Virus record (IMG/VR): IMGVR_UViG_3300024259_002152
Coordinates: 186,001-250,000 of that record
Length of the DNA: 64,000 nt
Strand: one strand, 5' to 3'
The notes under the pieces are model-generated. The model had not been told where the DNA came from. It searched no databases and saw only the letters and a program-made list of their open reading frames with translations. Made by a program: the position numbers and the translations under genes. Of the stretch, positions 1-9,620 are shown piece after piece; position 1 is the first letter of the stretch, and every line of letters begins with the position of its first letter.

Positions 1-1
1 A

Positions 2-115
2 TCAATAAAGATTAGGTCGAAGGGTGACGAGTTGGTTAGAGCTTTTACTGTTATCAGGGGAGAAGATTTTAAAAAGGTTATAGAACCATTCATAAAGGTG
101 CGAAATGATATTTAA
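2..115 (+). CDS. 3' end of an upstream gene (partial, unidentified)
   Basis: Frame 2 is open from the window edge (SIKIRSKGDELVRAF...KVRNDI*) to TAA at 113-115 and overlaps the neuC start. Not in the ORF track. Confidence 0.5.
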   Translation, partial: SIKIRSKGDELVRAFTVIRGEDFKKVIEPFIKVRNDI

Positions 116-1238
116 AAAAATATGTTATATTACTTCCAGCCGTTCTGATTATGCTAAAGTAAAAAATCTTCTAAAACAAATAAACGAGGACGATGAGTTT
201 GAGCTGTACATAATAGCCACTAGCGCTCAAATTAAACAAAGATTTGGAGATGGTGTTCAAGAATTAATTGATGATGGTTTAACAATACATAAAAGAGTTG
301 ATTGTATGGTTGAGGGAGACAATAGGCTTGCAATGTTAAAATCATCAGCCATGGAAATATATGAATTAACGAATATTATAGATGAATTAAAACCTGATCT
401 TGGCCTAGTAGTTGGAGATCGTTTTGATATGTTGACTTCTGTATATGTTCTTTCTATGATGAATATACCAATTGCCCATATACAGGGGGGAGAAAAAACA
501 GGAACGATAGATGATGTTATAAGGGATGTTATGACCAAATTTGCTCATATCCATTTTGTTTCAAATGAAGATGCTAGGCAAAGAGTTGAGTCTTTATCGG
601 AAGATAGACAATACATTTATAATGTCGGTTGTCCTAGCTTTGATTATATAAAAAGTTTAGATATACCTGACGATATTGATTATAATATTTTATTGCCTTT
701 TTGTAAAGACGATATTGATATTAGTAAAAAAGATGATTATTTTATTGTAATCGTACACCCAAACGTGGCGATAGAAGAAGATATAGATATGAAAATAATC
801 TTAGATGCATTAGATAATTTTGAGAATAAAAAAGCTATTTTTTATCCAAATACAGATCCATTTCATCAAAAGATTATTAATGCTATTAATAGAAAACACG
901 ATTATATGAAATTTAAACATATCTCTATGGAATGTTTTATGATGTTACTTAAACATTGCAAATGTATGATTGGTAATTCAAGTAGTGGTATCCGAGAAAC
1001 GTGTTTTTTTGGTGTTCCAACAGTTAATATAGGTAGAAGGCAAGAAGGTAGACTGAGTGGAAAGAATGTAGTTAATGTTAAATGCTCTGAGGACGACATC
1101 GTTAGTGGAATAAAATCAGTTTATAATAAAACTTTTGAGCCAGAATATCTTTATGGTAATGGGGCTTCAAGTGATAAGATTGTGGATATTTTGAAATCTT
1201 ATGATAATTTTGAATATAAAAATATATGTATTAAATAA
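105..1238 (+). CDS. neuC: UDP-N-acetylglucosamine 2-epimerase (hydrolysing), NeuC family
   Basis: Motifs ITSSRSDY, GDRFDML, HIQGGEKTGTID, MIGNSSSGIRE, NIGRRQEGR, YGNGASS. Confidence 0.92.
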   Translation: MIFKKICYITSSRSDYAKVKNLLKQINEDDEFELYIIATSAQIKQRFGDGVQELIDDGLTIHKRVDCMVEGDNRLAMLKSSAMEIYELTNIIDELKPDLGLVVGDRFDMLTSVYVLSMMNIPIAHIQGGEKTGTIDDVIRDVMTKFAHIHFVSNEDARQRVESLSEDRQYIYNVGCPSFDYIKSLDIPDDIDYNILLPFCKDDIDISKKDDYFIVIVHPNVAIEEDIDMKIILDALDNFENKKAIFYPNTDPFHQKIINAINRKHDYMKFKHISMECFMMLLKHCKCMIGNSSSGIRETCFFGVPTVNIGRRQEGRLSGKNVVNVKCSEDDIVSGIKSVYNKTFEPEYLYGNGASSDKIVDILKSYDNFEYKNICIK

Positions 1239-1901
1239 ATGAAAACACTGGCAATATATTTAAATGTTAGAAAAAATAGTTCTAGATGCAAAAATAAACT
1301 TCTTAAATTTTTTGCAGGAACATGTTTGTTCGATATCGCCTTAAAGAAGCTAGAACAAGTGAGGTCGGATGAAAAATTTGTTTGTGCTTATGATAGAGAG
1401 TTTTTTGAATATCAACATAATTCTTCTATTAAACATTATGTTAGAAGTAAAGAATCTGTATCTATTGATGGGCCATTAACAAAAGTATTTGAATGTTATA
1501 ATTCTTTTCAGTCTGACTATGTTATGTTTCTCAATCCTTCTCATGCCCATTTAAGAGTAGATACGATACAATCTGCTGTAGATTTTTTTAAAGCATCTAA
1601 TTATGAGTCCATGACATCTGTAGAAAAGATTAATGACTGGATATTTGATAATGATGGGAAGTTATTATATCCTTCTGATTTGGCCCATGGAGATACTAAA
1701 AGAACAGATCCTTCATATAGGGCTGCACATGCTTTTCATATATATAGTAGAAAAAGATTTATAGATAATAATGGATTGATATGGCCATGGCTGAAAAATG
1801 ATCCTCATTTATTTGAAATATCAAAGATAGAATCTTTGGATGTTGATGATGAGGTTGATTTTAAAATTAGTGAGTCTGTATACCTAGCGCATCTCGATTA
1901 A
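1239..1901 (+). CDS. Divergent acylneuraminate (CMP-nonulosonate) cytidylyltransferase, NeuA-like
   Basis: N-terminal VRKNSSRCKNK (ARxGSKxxxxKN-like), C-terminal LDVDDEVDF; directly follows neuC. Confidence 0.72.
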   Translation: MKTLAIYLNVRKNSSRCKNKLLKFFAGTCLFDIALKKLEQVRSDEKFVCAYDREFFEYQHNSSIKHYVRSKESVSIDGPLTKVFECYNSFQSDYVMFLNPSHAHLRVDTIQSAVDFFKASNYESMTSVEKINDWIFDNDGKLLYPSDLAHGDTKRTDPSYRAAHAFHIYSRKRFIDNNGLIWPWLKNDPHLFEISKIESLDVDDEVDFKISESVYLAHLD

Positions 1902-2511
1902 GATTCCAAAACTGATCTTGTTGATATGAGTATATTTTTATATCTTTGTTTATTAAATATACCAAAATTAATTTAAGAAATTTTCTGCTTCTATTTGTTT
2001 TTTCGATGCCTATTTCTTTATCAGCCCCATTGAAATGATGCATAGTTGTCTCTGTAGGTCCATCAAAACCTATTATATGAATATTTTTTGGTTGAAAAAA
2101 TACAGACGACAATAGACAGGCAAAGCCAGACCCTCCTGTTTTATGATTTATATACCCGTTTTGATTAATGTTTATTGTTTTAGTACTTTTAACTTTGTGA
2201 TTATAGTTAAGTAAATAAACGTGGGTTTTGTCTATTTTTTCAGGTACTTTTATTTTTGGGCCAACTATAATATGGTGAGATTCTCCTGGTTTATGAGTTT
2301 TAAGATATTGTTTAAAGAATATCTTATCTAGGAAAAGCATATAATCTACTTCTTTGGTTATCGGAGCTTTACGATTGGAGGATATAGAAGTTGTTTCTTT
2401 ATTATTTAATAAAGTTTCTATTTGTTTCCGATAAATAAGTGATGACGGACCTCCTCCTATGATGATTAAATTATCATAATTAGGAGTAGTATCAAAATTT
2501 AATATTTTCAT
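1867..2511 (-). CDS. DUF115/MAF_flag10 (MptE-like) domain protein
   Basis: IIIGGGPSS near the N-terminus, GGSGFACLLSS...IHIIGFDG; the only sizeable minus-strand gene in the first 62 kb. Confidence 0.6.
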   Translation of the reverse strand: MKILNFDTTPNYDNLIIIGGGPSSLIYRKQIETLLNNKETTSISSNRKAPITKEVDYMLFLDKIFFKQYLKTHKPGESHHIIVGPKIKVPEKIDKTHVYLLNYNHKVKSTKTININQNGYINHKTGGSGFACLLSSVFFQPKNIHIIGFDGPTETTMHHFNGADKEIGIEKTNRSRKFLKLILVYLINKDIKIYSYQQDQFWNLNRDALGIQTH

Positions 2512-2528
2512 AAATATAAGGAATAAGT

Positions 2529-3293
2529 ATGTTATCTTTTAATAAGTATCGACAAAAATCTATCCTTTTCATAGGACCGGGAGAATCAAAACAATATATA
2601 GATATGGAAAAGGCAATGGGAGATTCAGATTATACTGCTAGTCTTAATGATGGTATTTTAGATTATTTGACGGATTTTTATTTTGTAGGAGAAAAATTCA
2701 TATATGATTATGTAGAAAAAAAAGCTGTGTCTTCTTTTTTTGACACAACAGAAAAAATCTTTTTGGGTCTTCATAAGGCTCATAAAACAAGGATTGATCG
2801 TGAGTATTTTGATAATAAACAAAATAATAAGACATTTCATTTTGTAAAATCCATATCAGCATTAAAAGAAGTTTATTCTTATAATCTGGATTTAATTAGA
2901 AGTTTCAATAAGAAGAATATGAGAGTTTTATCTAATTTGTTGAATCATTTTCCATGTAAAAAATGGGAATATATTAGAGCTAGAACTCTGGCAAATTCTT
3001 TACAAATTTTATATAATTTGGGTTTTGAAGAAGTTAGGTTAATAGGATTTATGGATTCTTTTAAGTTTACTAGGCAAAATTATGAAAATCAAAAAGGATA
3101 TATAAAAGAAGCCAGAAAAAAAATAAAAGTTGCTTCTCCTCAAGATAGAAATGAAACAGAATTGAAAACTAGTTTTGAATATCAGGCCCAAATACTTAAA
3201 ACAGTAGATTATGTTTATAAGCTAAATAAAAGGAGAATTTACAATATGTGTCCAAAGGAGAAAAGTCCTCAAAATATATTAGATTATAAATAA
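2529..3293 (+). CDS. DUF115/MAF_flag10-like protein
   Basis: ILFIGPGES, LANSLQILYNLGFEEVRLIGFMDS. Confidence 0.55.
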   Translation: MLSFNKYRQKSILFIGPGESKQYIDMEKAMGDSDYTASLNDGILDYLTDFYFVGEKFIYDYVEKKAVSSFFDTTEKIFLGLHKAHKTRIDREYFDNKQNNKTFHFVKSISALKEVYSYNLDLIRSFNKKNMRVLSNLLNHFPCKKWEYIRARTLANSLQILYNLGFEEVRLIGFMDSFKFTRQNYENQKGYIKEARKKIKVASPQDRNETELKTSFEYQAQILKTVDYVYKLNKRRIYNMCPKEKSPQNILDYK

Positions 3294-3310
3294 GTTGGGA
3301 GAACAATAAA

Positions 3311-4078
3311 ATGAAAGAAACATATATAGGGATTATACCTGCCAGATACCAGTCATCTAGATTTCCAGGAAAACCGTTATGTGATATTTTTGGTAAACCT
3401 ATGATTCAAAGAGTTTATGGGTCAATTATCGATTGGGATAAATGGAAAGCTGTTTATGTGGCTACCGATAATTTGCAAATTAAAGAAAAATGTGACGAAT
3501 TACAAATACCAGTGATCATGACTAAAGATACTCATACAGATTGTTTAGACAGGGCGGCAGAAGTTGCTGAATATTTAGAATCTAATAATAAAGGAGCAGA
3601 TAAATATATCGTTATTCAAGGAGACGAACCATTATTTAATGTAGATACTCTTAATACAGATTTATCCCCTTCTATTGTTAATTTCTATACTGAAGTACAT
3701 GATACATGTGATAAATATGATAGCAACGCTGTTAAGGTAGTTGTTTCTCGTAACGACAAGGCTCTTTATTTCTCGAGATATTCTATTCCCTATCATGATG
3801 AAAAGACAAAAAGGACTAACGATGAAGCAATTATTTTGAAACAAATAGGAGTTTATATGTTTACTGGGGAAATGTTAAAACTTTATAATGGTTTAAAGCA
3901 ATCTCCATTAGAGAATATGGAGGGTATAGGTTTAAATAGATTGTTGGAAAATGATATTGAAATTTATATGAGATATACTAAACATGATAGTATTAGCGTA
4001 GATACTCCTGAAGATAGAGACAGAATTGTAAAATTAATTAAACAATATCATTCTGATGGAGACTCTCATCTCGAATAA
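3311..4078 (+). CDS. kdsB: 3-deoxy-manno-octulosonate cytidylyltransferase (CMP-KDO synthetase)
   Basis: IIPARYQSSRFPGKPL, QGDEP, ALYFSRYSIPY, IGVY, SPLENMEG, SVDTPED. Confidence 0.92.
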   Translation: MKETYIGIIPARYQSSRFPGKPLCDIFGKPMIQRVYGSIIDWDKWKAVYVATDNLQIKEKCDELQIPVIMTKDTHTDCLDRAAEVAEYLESNNKGADKYIVIQGDEPLFNVDTLNTDLSPSIVNFYTEVHDTCDKYDSNAVKVVVSRNDKALYFSRYSIPYHDEKTKRTNDEAIILKQIGVYMFTGEMLKLYNGLKQSPLENMEGIGLNRLLENDIEIYMRYTKHDSISVDTPEDRDRIVKLIKQYHSDGDSHLE

Positions 4079-4169
4079 ATCAGAGGTATTGGAATGGGAA
4101 AAATATGGAGTGAAGTTATCAATAAGTTAAATCTGAAAAAAGTTGAGGAAAATGGTAGGGCAAATTTAT

Positions 4170-4871
4170 ATGGAAAAAGTTACTTTCACTACTACATCTT
4201 GTTGTAGAAGCGATTTACTCTATGAGACTTATAGTAGTTTTGTAAAGAATTTTGAAGGAATAGATTTTAATAAATCTATTTTATTTTTGAATCTAGATTA
4301 TTATGATGGTATAGGAGATATAGACAAAAGTATTACCGTGGCAAAGCAATTTTTTGGTGATGTAGTTCATAATATATCTGATGAGCCTAATTTTGCTAAA
4401 GCCGTTAAGTGGTGTTGGAGGCATAATTTTGATACTTCATATGTTTTTCATTTAGAGGAAGACTGGAAATTATTATCAAAAATTCATATAGAAAATATGA
4501 TTAATATTCTAGAAGGTGAAGATAAAAGTGTAATGAATGTAAGATTGAGACATCGGGGGAGGCTTCCAGAAGGTCGTTCTTCTGATATTACATTGTCTCC
4601 TTCATTATTTAAGAAAGAATTTTTAGAAATATGTGATTATATGCCCGATATATTTAATCCAGAAAAAGTAATAAGTAGATCATATTGCCTTGCAAGAAAA
4701 AAAATGTGTTCTATCTTAGAATTAGCTGTTATCAATTCTTATGTATTTACAAATTTAAATACTAATCTGGGTGAAAAAAATAATAGTATTGTAGAAGATA
4801 TAGGTAGATTATGGAAGAATGAGAATAAAATATATTTACATCCTAAGGGCACAGGATGGAGATTAGGGTAG
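4170..4871 (+). CDS. GT-A fold (GT2-like) glycosyltransferase
   Basis: TFTTTSCCRSDLLYET, YVFHLEEDW (DxD-equivalent). ATG at 4170 preferred to the track's TTG at 4143. Confidence 0.6.
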   Translation: MEKVTFTTTSCCRSDLLYETYSSFVKNFEGIDFNKSILFLNLDYYDGIGDIDKSITVAKQFFGDVVHNISDEPNFAKAVKWCWRHNFDTSYVFHLEEDWKLLSKIHIENMINILEGEDKSVMNVRLRHRGRLPEGRSSDITLSPSLFKKEFLEICDYMPDIFNPEKVISRSYCLARKKMCSILELAVINSYVFTNLNTNLGEKNNSIVEDIGRLWKNENKIYLHPKGTGWRLG

Positions 4872-4973
4872 GTATTTTAATTAGAAAAATACAGTAATAG
4901 ATGAAAAAATTCGATAAGAGAATGTTCTTTCATAAAAATATGAACATCTAATTGATGAGAGGGAAGTTTAAGA

Positions 4974-5954
4974 ATGCATTTAAAAGTATTGTGTTTATCT
5001 TCTTTTAAAAAGGGAACCGCTCTTACTAATTTGATAAATATGACTCATTATAATCATCCTGAAGTAGAATTTATTTCTTATGAGCATGGACAGAAAGGGC
5101 ATGTTTGGCTAGGGAATAACACAACCCTATTTGAAGGGGAATCAAAAATAAGAAAAGTTGTTTTTGTTTGTTCTGTTCCAACTATCAGAAAACGCAATAG
5201 AATGGATGGTTGGGAGAATATGGATCATGTTGTATATCTTTCTGATTTTTGTAAAAATATTATTGAATCTGATCATAAATCAAACAGTAACTCTAAACTT
5301 TTATTTTTTGGTGGGCTTCCTGTCGATAATGATTTAAATCCTATAGATAAGCCTCGACACATTGATGGTCCCATTCAATTTATAGCTATAGCTAAATGGT
5401 ATAAAAGACGCTACAAAAGGCTTAAGCAGATAATTAAGCTTTATAATAGTTATTTGAAAAAAGAATATCCTGGTTCTATATTAAATATTATTGGGGCTGA
5501 AGATTACAGGAAAGACGGAAACATACACTACTATAAAAAATCTTTTCATAACAAAAAATTAATAGATATTTTTAAAAAATCTCATATTCAATTAACTCCT
5601 ACTCCATTTGATACTGGTCCAAAAACTATAGCAGAATCTCTTCACTATAGAGTCCCGTTTATTTGTAGTAACAATTGTGCTGGAATAGAATATATAAAAG
5701 TTTTGGGTAAGTGCGGAATAGAGGTCGATACGGACCCCTATATATCTAGTTTGAGCGATTATAATAAATATCAACCACTCTCTATGGTATCAAAAAATAA
5801 ATTTCATGCTAGACCCATTCCTTATGAAGATTATTTTGAAGCAGTTAAGCAAATAATTAATAATTTTGAAGAGTATACTTCTTGGCAGTGGAATGATAAA
5901 TTTAATTATACAAAACAATCAGATAGTTTATACAATATACTCAAAGGCAAATAA
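4974..5954 (+). CDS. GT-B fold (GT4-like) glycosyltransferase
   Basis: C-terminal IQLTPTPFDTGPKTIAESLHYRVPFICSN resembles the ExFGxxxxEA motif. Confidence 0.7.
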   Translation: MHLKVLCLSSFKKGTALTNLINMTHYNHPEVEFISYEHGQKGHVWLGNNTTLFEGESKIRKVVFVCSVPTIRKRNRMDGWENMDHVVYLSDFCKNIIESDHKSNSNSKLLFFGGLPVDNDLNPIDKPRHIDGPIQFIAIAKWYKRRYKRLKQIIKLYNSYLKKEYPGSILNIIGAEDYRKDGNIHYYKKSFHNKKLIDIFKKSHIQLTPTPFDTGPKTIAESLHYRVPFICSNNCAGIEYIKVLGKCGIEVDTDPYISSLSDYNKYQPLSMVSKNKFHARPIPYEDYFEAVKQIINNFEEYTSWQWNDKFNYTKQSDSLYNILKGK

Positions 5955-6572
5955 ATGGAAAAAATAAAATTAACAGAACATGACAAGAGAGAGCTTTTAA
6001 AGATAGTTAAACTTACTAATAAAAAAAATAGAACAAGTCCATATCAAGCTATCGGAGATTTAAAAGGAACAAGAAAAACAGAATTTAGATACAAATTCAT
6101 GAATTTACCAGAGGATTTTGAAGGTAAATCAGTATTAGATATAGGATGTAATTTAGGGGCTATGTCATACATGGCTAAACAGAGAGGAGCAGGGAGGGTC
6201 GTTGGTATTGATTATAATACAACTCTTTTAGAAACATCATCTAGCATATTTAAAAGACACAATTATGATATATCCCTTATTGGTTACGATTTGAACACAC
6301 AAGGATTTGAGCCATTGGTAAAAATTTTGAGAGAAGAGAAATTCGATTATATATTTGCTTTATCAATTTATCATCATGTTGATGATAAGAAAGTTTTATG
6401 GAATATAATTAACAATTACTGTAGTGATATTTGTTGGTTTGAAGGGCATAAGAGAAATACTAAAGAAGAATTGGAAAAAGAGTTATTATCTAATCTTCAC
6501 GCAAAAAAAATAGAATTCATAGGAAATATAAAAGATCATGTTCGTAGATCAATTTTTAAATGCGTATTTTAG
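5955..6572 (+). CDS. Class I SAM-dependent methyltransferase
   Basis: EGKSVLDIGCNLG...VVGID, FDYIFALSIYHH. Confidence 0.85.
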   Translation: MEKIKLTEHDKRELLKIVKLTNKKNRTSPYQAIGDLKGTRKTEFRYKFMNLPEDFEGKSVLDIGCNLGAMSYMAKQRGAGRVVGIDYNTTLLETSSSIFKRHNYDISLIGYDLNTQGFEPLVKILREEKFDYIFALSIYHHVDDKKVLWNIINNYCSDICWFEGHKRNTKEELEKELLSNLHAKKIEFIGNIKDHVRRSIFKCVF

Positions 6573-6583
6573 AGAGCAAAAAA

Positions 6584-7180
6584 ATGAATAACGAAAGAAA
6601 AAGATTAAAACATCAAGCCAGATTAAAAAGAAGAGAAAAAAGGGCAAAAATATCAGCAAATATTCCTAAAGAAGTAAAAGTTATAGATATGCAATTAGTA
6701 TATTATCCATATCGTCAATGGCAAGATGCGTTTCAAAAATATTGGAGAGAAGGTGATGATACTGTTTTTAAAATCATAAATTCACCATGGGCTTTGTTTG
6801 TTGAAGATTATCTTATATCGGGAGATGAGATATTAAAAAATATAGATGATCATGTTGTTTCTAAATGGGGATTTGAAGCATTTGAAATAGCTAAAAAAAA
6901 TATAGATAATATTCATCCTAAGAAAATGGATAAAAAAAGTCATGCTCGAAGATCTGCAAATAGGTTGATCAATTTAACAAAAAGCATAAAAGAATATGGT
7001 TATTGCGGTGGAGCATATAATTCTAATGATAATCTTATTAATGTTATAAAGAATTATATAGCACCTAACGGAAATAAAGGGTTCAAATTATTATATGGTA
7101 ATCGTAGAGCAGCAGTTTGTTCTGGCTTGGGTATGAAAAAAATAAAAGTTAGATGTTGGGACTATTATAAAACTAGTTAA
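6584..7180 (+). CDS. Hypothetical protein with basic N-terminus and possible ParB/Srx-like C-terminal motif
   Basis: RKRLKHQARLKRREKR; FKLLYGNRRAAVCSGLGMKKIKV. ATG 6584 preferred to 6560. Confidence 0.45.
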   Translation: MNNERKRLKHQARLKRREKRAKISANIPKEVKVIDMQLVYYPYRQWQDAFQKYWREGDDTVFKIINSPWALFVEDYLISGDEILKNIDDHVVSKWGFEAFEIAKKNIDNIHPKKMDKKSHARRSANRLINLTKSIKEYGYCGGAYNSNDNLINVIKNYIAPNGNKGFKLLYGNRRAAVCSGLGMKKIKVRCWDYYKTS

Positions 7181-7206
7181 GCAAAAATAATTATATAGTT
7201 ATACAA

Positions 7207-7620
7207 ATGAAAAATAAAAAAATAGTATTTACTAACGGATGTTTCGATATTATTCATAGAGGTCATATTGACTATTTAGAAGAAGCAAAAAAATTGGGAG
7301 ATATTCTTCTAATAGGTTTGAATAGTGATGAATCAGTGAGAAAATTAAAAGGTGAAAATAGACCTATTAATAATGAAGAGGATAGAAAAAAAGTTTTACT
7401 GGCTTTGAAAAGTGTAGATGAGGTTATTATTTTTAATGAGGAAGACCCCTTAGAATTAGTAAAACAAATAAAACCAGATGTCATTGTCAAGGGGGGCGAT
7501 TGGAAAATAGAAAATATGATTGGTGCTGATTTTGTGATAGAAAATGGAGGAGAAGCATATTCTTTACCTTTCTATGATGGATATTCAACTACTAACATAT
7601 TGAATAAAATGAAAGATTAA
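7207..7620 (+). CDS. rfaE2: Stand-alone D-glycero-beta-D-manno-heptose 1-phosphate adenylyltransferase (HldE C-terminal/RfaE2 type)
   Basis: VFTNGCFDIIHRGH, GLNSDESVRKLKGENRPIN, VKGGDW, YSTTNI. Confidence 0.92.
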   Translation: MKNKKIVFTNGCFDIIHRGHIDYLEEAKKLGDILLIGLNSDESVRKLKGENRPINNEEDRKKVLLALKSVDEVIIFNEEDPLELVKQIKPDVIVKGGDWKIENMIGADFVIENGGEAYSLPFYDGYSTTNILNKMKD

Positions 7621-7663
7621 ATATGAATATTTTTATTGTTGATTGTTATGGAGGTTATTTATA

Positions 7664-8599
7664 ATGAATATATTAATAGGCACACATCCTTTTGGTCAGT
7701 GTGGAGAATTGCCAGTTAAACTGTTAAAAGAAACTGGATGGAATATAAAATATAATCCATTGGGGAGAAGATTAGAAGGTGATGAAGTAAAGGGTATGCT
7801 AAAAGGAATAGATGCTGTAATAGCTGGTACTGAACCTTATAATAAGGATACTATCCAATATGCTAAAGATTTGAAAGTTATTTCTAGAGCTGGTGTAGGA
7901 TTAGATAGTGTGGATTGTGAAGCATGTAAACAAAATAGAATTCAAGTAGCATACACTCCAGAAGCTCCGTCTGATTCCGTAGCAGATTTAACTATTGCTC
8001 AAATTTTTAATTTATTAAGGGGTTTACATCTTGCCAATCAATCGGCTAAAGATGGCGAGTGGGAAAGAATATTAGGTCTTTCTATTAAGCAGATTAATGT
8101 TGGGATACTAGGAGTGGGTAGAATAGGGGGTAGAGTTATTAATAGATTGAAACCTTTTGGTGCTAATATATTGGCTTGCGATATTGCTCCTAATAAGGAT
8201 ATAGATGGGGTTACATGGGTTGATAAAGAGGTTTTATTTGCGGAAAGCGATTTAATTTCTATTCATATTCCTTTGAATGAGGAAAATTATCATTTTATAA
8301 GCTCCAAAGAATTTGACATGATGAAAAAAGGAGCTTACATAATTAACACTTCGAGAGGTAGTATTATTAGAGAATCAGATCTTGAATCGTGTCTTGCAAA
8401 TAATCATTTGGCAGGAGCAGCATTAGATGTTTTTGAGAATGAACCTTATAGCGGGGTAATGCAAGACATGGACAATGTAATATTAACTGCTCATCTTGGA
8501 GCGTCCGATAGACGTTCGAAATACCTGATGGAATTAGGGGCAGTTGAGAATTGTGTAAATCTTCTTAGTGGTAATATTATTAAAGATATAGTTATATAA
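7664..8599 (+). CDS. D-isomer-specific 2-hydroxyacid dehydrogenase (SerA-like, no ACT domain)
   Basis: ISRAGVGLDSVD, GILGVGRIG, INTSRG, ALDVFENEP, TAHLG; GGAGG SD before ATG 7664. Confidence 0.88.
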   Translation: MNILIGTHPFGQCGELPVKLLKETGWNIKYNPLGRRLEGDEVKGMLKGIDAVIAGTEPYNKDTIQYAKDLKVISRAGVGLDSVDCEACKQNRIQVAYTPEAPSDSVADLTIAQIFNLLRGLHLANQSAKDGEWERILGLSIKQINVGILGVGRIGGRVINRLKPFGANILACDIAPNKDIDGVTWVDKEVLFAESDLISIHIPLNEENYHFISSKEFDMMKKGAYIINTSRGSIIRESDLESCLANNHLAGAALDVFENEPYSGVMQDMDNVILTAHLGASDRRSKYLMELGAVENCVNLLSGNIIKDIVI

Positions 8600-8630
8600 A
8601 AAATTAGTCTGATAAAACGAAAGATTAGAT

Positions 8631-9620
8631 ATGAATATTCTTATAACGGGGATCACTGGTTTTGTTGGTAGTCATCTAGCAGATTATTTATTAAAAGAAA
8701 CGGATGCGATGATACATGGTTTAACGAGATGGAGATCTCCAAAGGAGAATATTCTCCATTTGGTTGATCATGATAGAATTGTTTTAGAACATGGCGATTT
8801 AACTGATTTTTCTTCTTTATATAGAATTATTAAAAATGTCAGACCAAATTATATATTTCATTTAGCGGCTCAGTCTTATGTTCCATATAGTTTTAATGTC
8901 CCAGCAGCTACTTTAGATTCTAACGTAGTTGGCACTTGTAATTTGTTAGAGGTTATCAAGCTTGTAAAAATAGATGATGGTTATGACCCAATAGTGCATA
9001 TTTGTTCGTCTTCTGAAGTATATGGCCAAGTGAGAGAAGAAGATATTCCTATTAAAGAAGATTGTCCTTTTAGACCAGCTTCTCCTTATGCTGTTAGTAA
9101 AACAGGAGAAGATATGCTTGGGTTACAATACTGGGTATCATGGAACATCAAGACAATTAGAACAAGAATGTTTACGCATACTGGTCCACGAAGGGGAGAT
9201 GTTTTTGTAGTCGCTGCCTTTGCAAAACAAATAGCTAAAATAGAGGAGGGATTACAAAAACCTATTATTAAAGTAGGTAATTTAGATAGCGTAAGAACTT
9301 TTGCAGATGTACGAGATACTGTTAAGGCATATTGGTTACTTGTGAATAAATGTGATCCTGGAGATGTTTATAATATAGGTGGAAACATCACGATGACTAT
9401 CAGAGACATGTTGACGATGCTGCTTAATAAATCTTATAAATTAAAAGATATTAAAATAGAAGTTGATCCTAATCTTCTTAGACCTTCTGATGTTACATTA
9501 CAAGTTCCATGTGTTGATAAATTTGTAAATAAAACAGGATGGAAACCAGAAATAGAATTTGATAAAACATTACAAGATACTCTTGATTTTTGGAGAGAAT
9601 GCTGGAGAAGAAATGTGTAA
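8631..9620 (+). CDS. gmd: GDP-mannose 4,6-dehydratase/Rmd-like SDR
   Basis: ITGITGFVGSHL, HLAAQSYV, SSSEVYG, PASPYAVSK, RMFTHTGPRRG. Confidence 0.85.
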   Translation: MNILITGITGFVGSHLADYLLKETDAMIHGLTRWRSPKENILHLVDHDRIVLEHGDLTDFSSLYRIIKNVRPNYIFHLAAQSYVPYSFNVPAATLDSNVVGTCNLLEVIKLVKIDDGYDPIVHICSSSEVYGQVREEDIPIKEDCPFRPASPYAVSKTGEDMLGLQYWVSWNIKTIRTRMFTHTGPRRGDVFVVAAFAKQIAKIEEGLQKPIIKVGNLDSVRTFADVRDTVKAYWLLVNKCDPGDVYNIGGNITMTIRDMLTMLLNKSYKLKDIKIEVDPNLLRPSDVTLQVPCVDKFVNKTGWKPEIEFDKTLQDTLDFWRECWRRNV

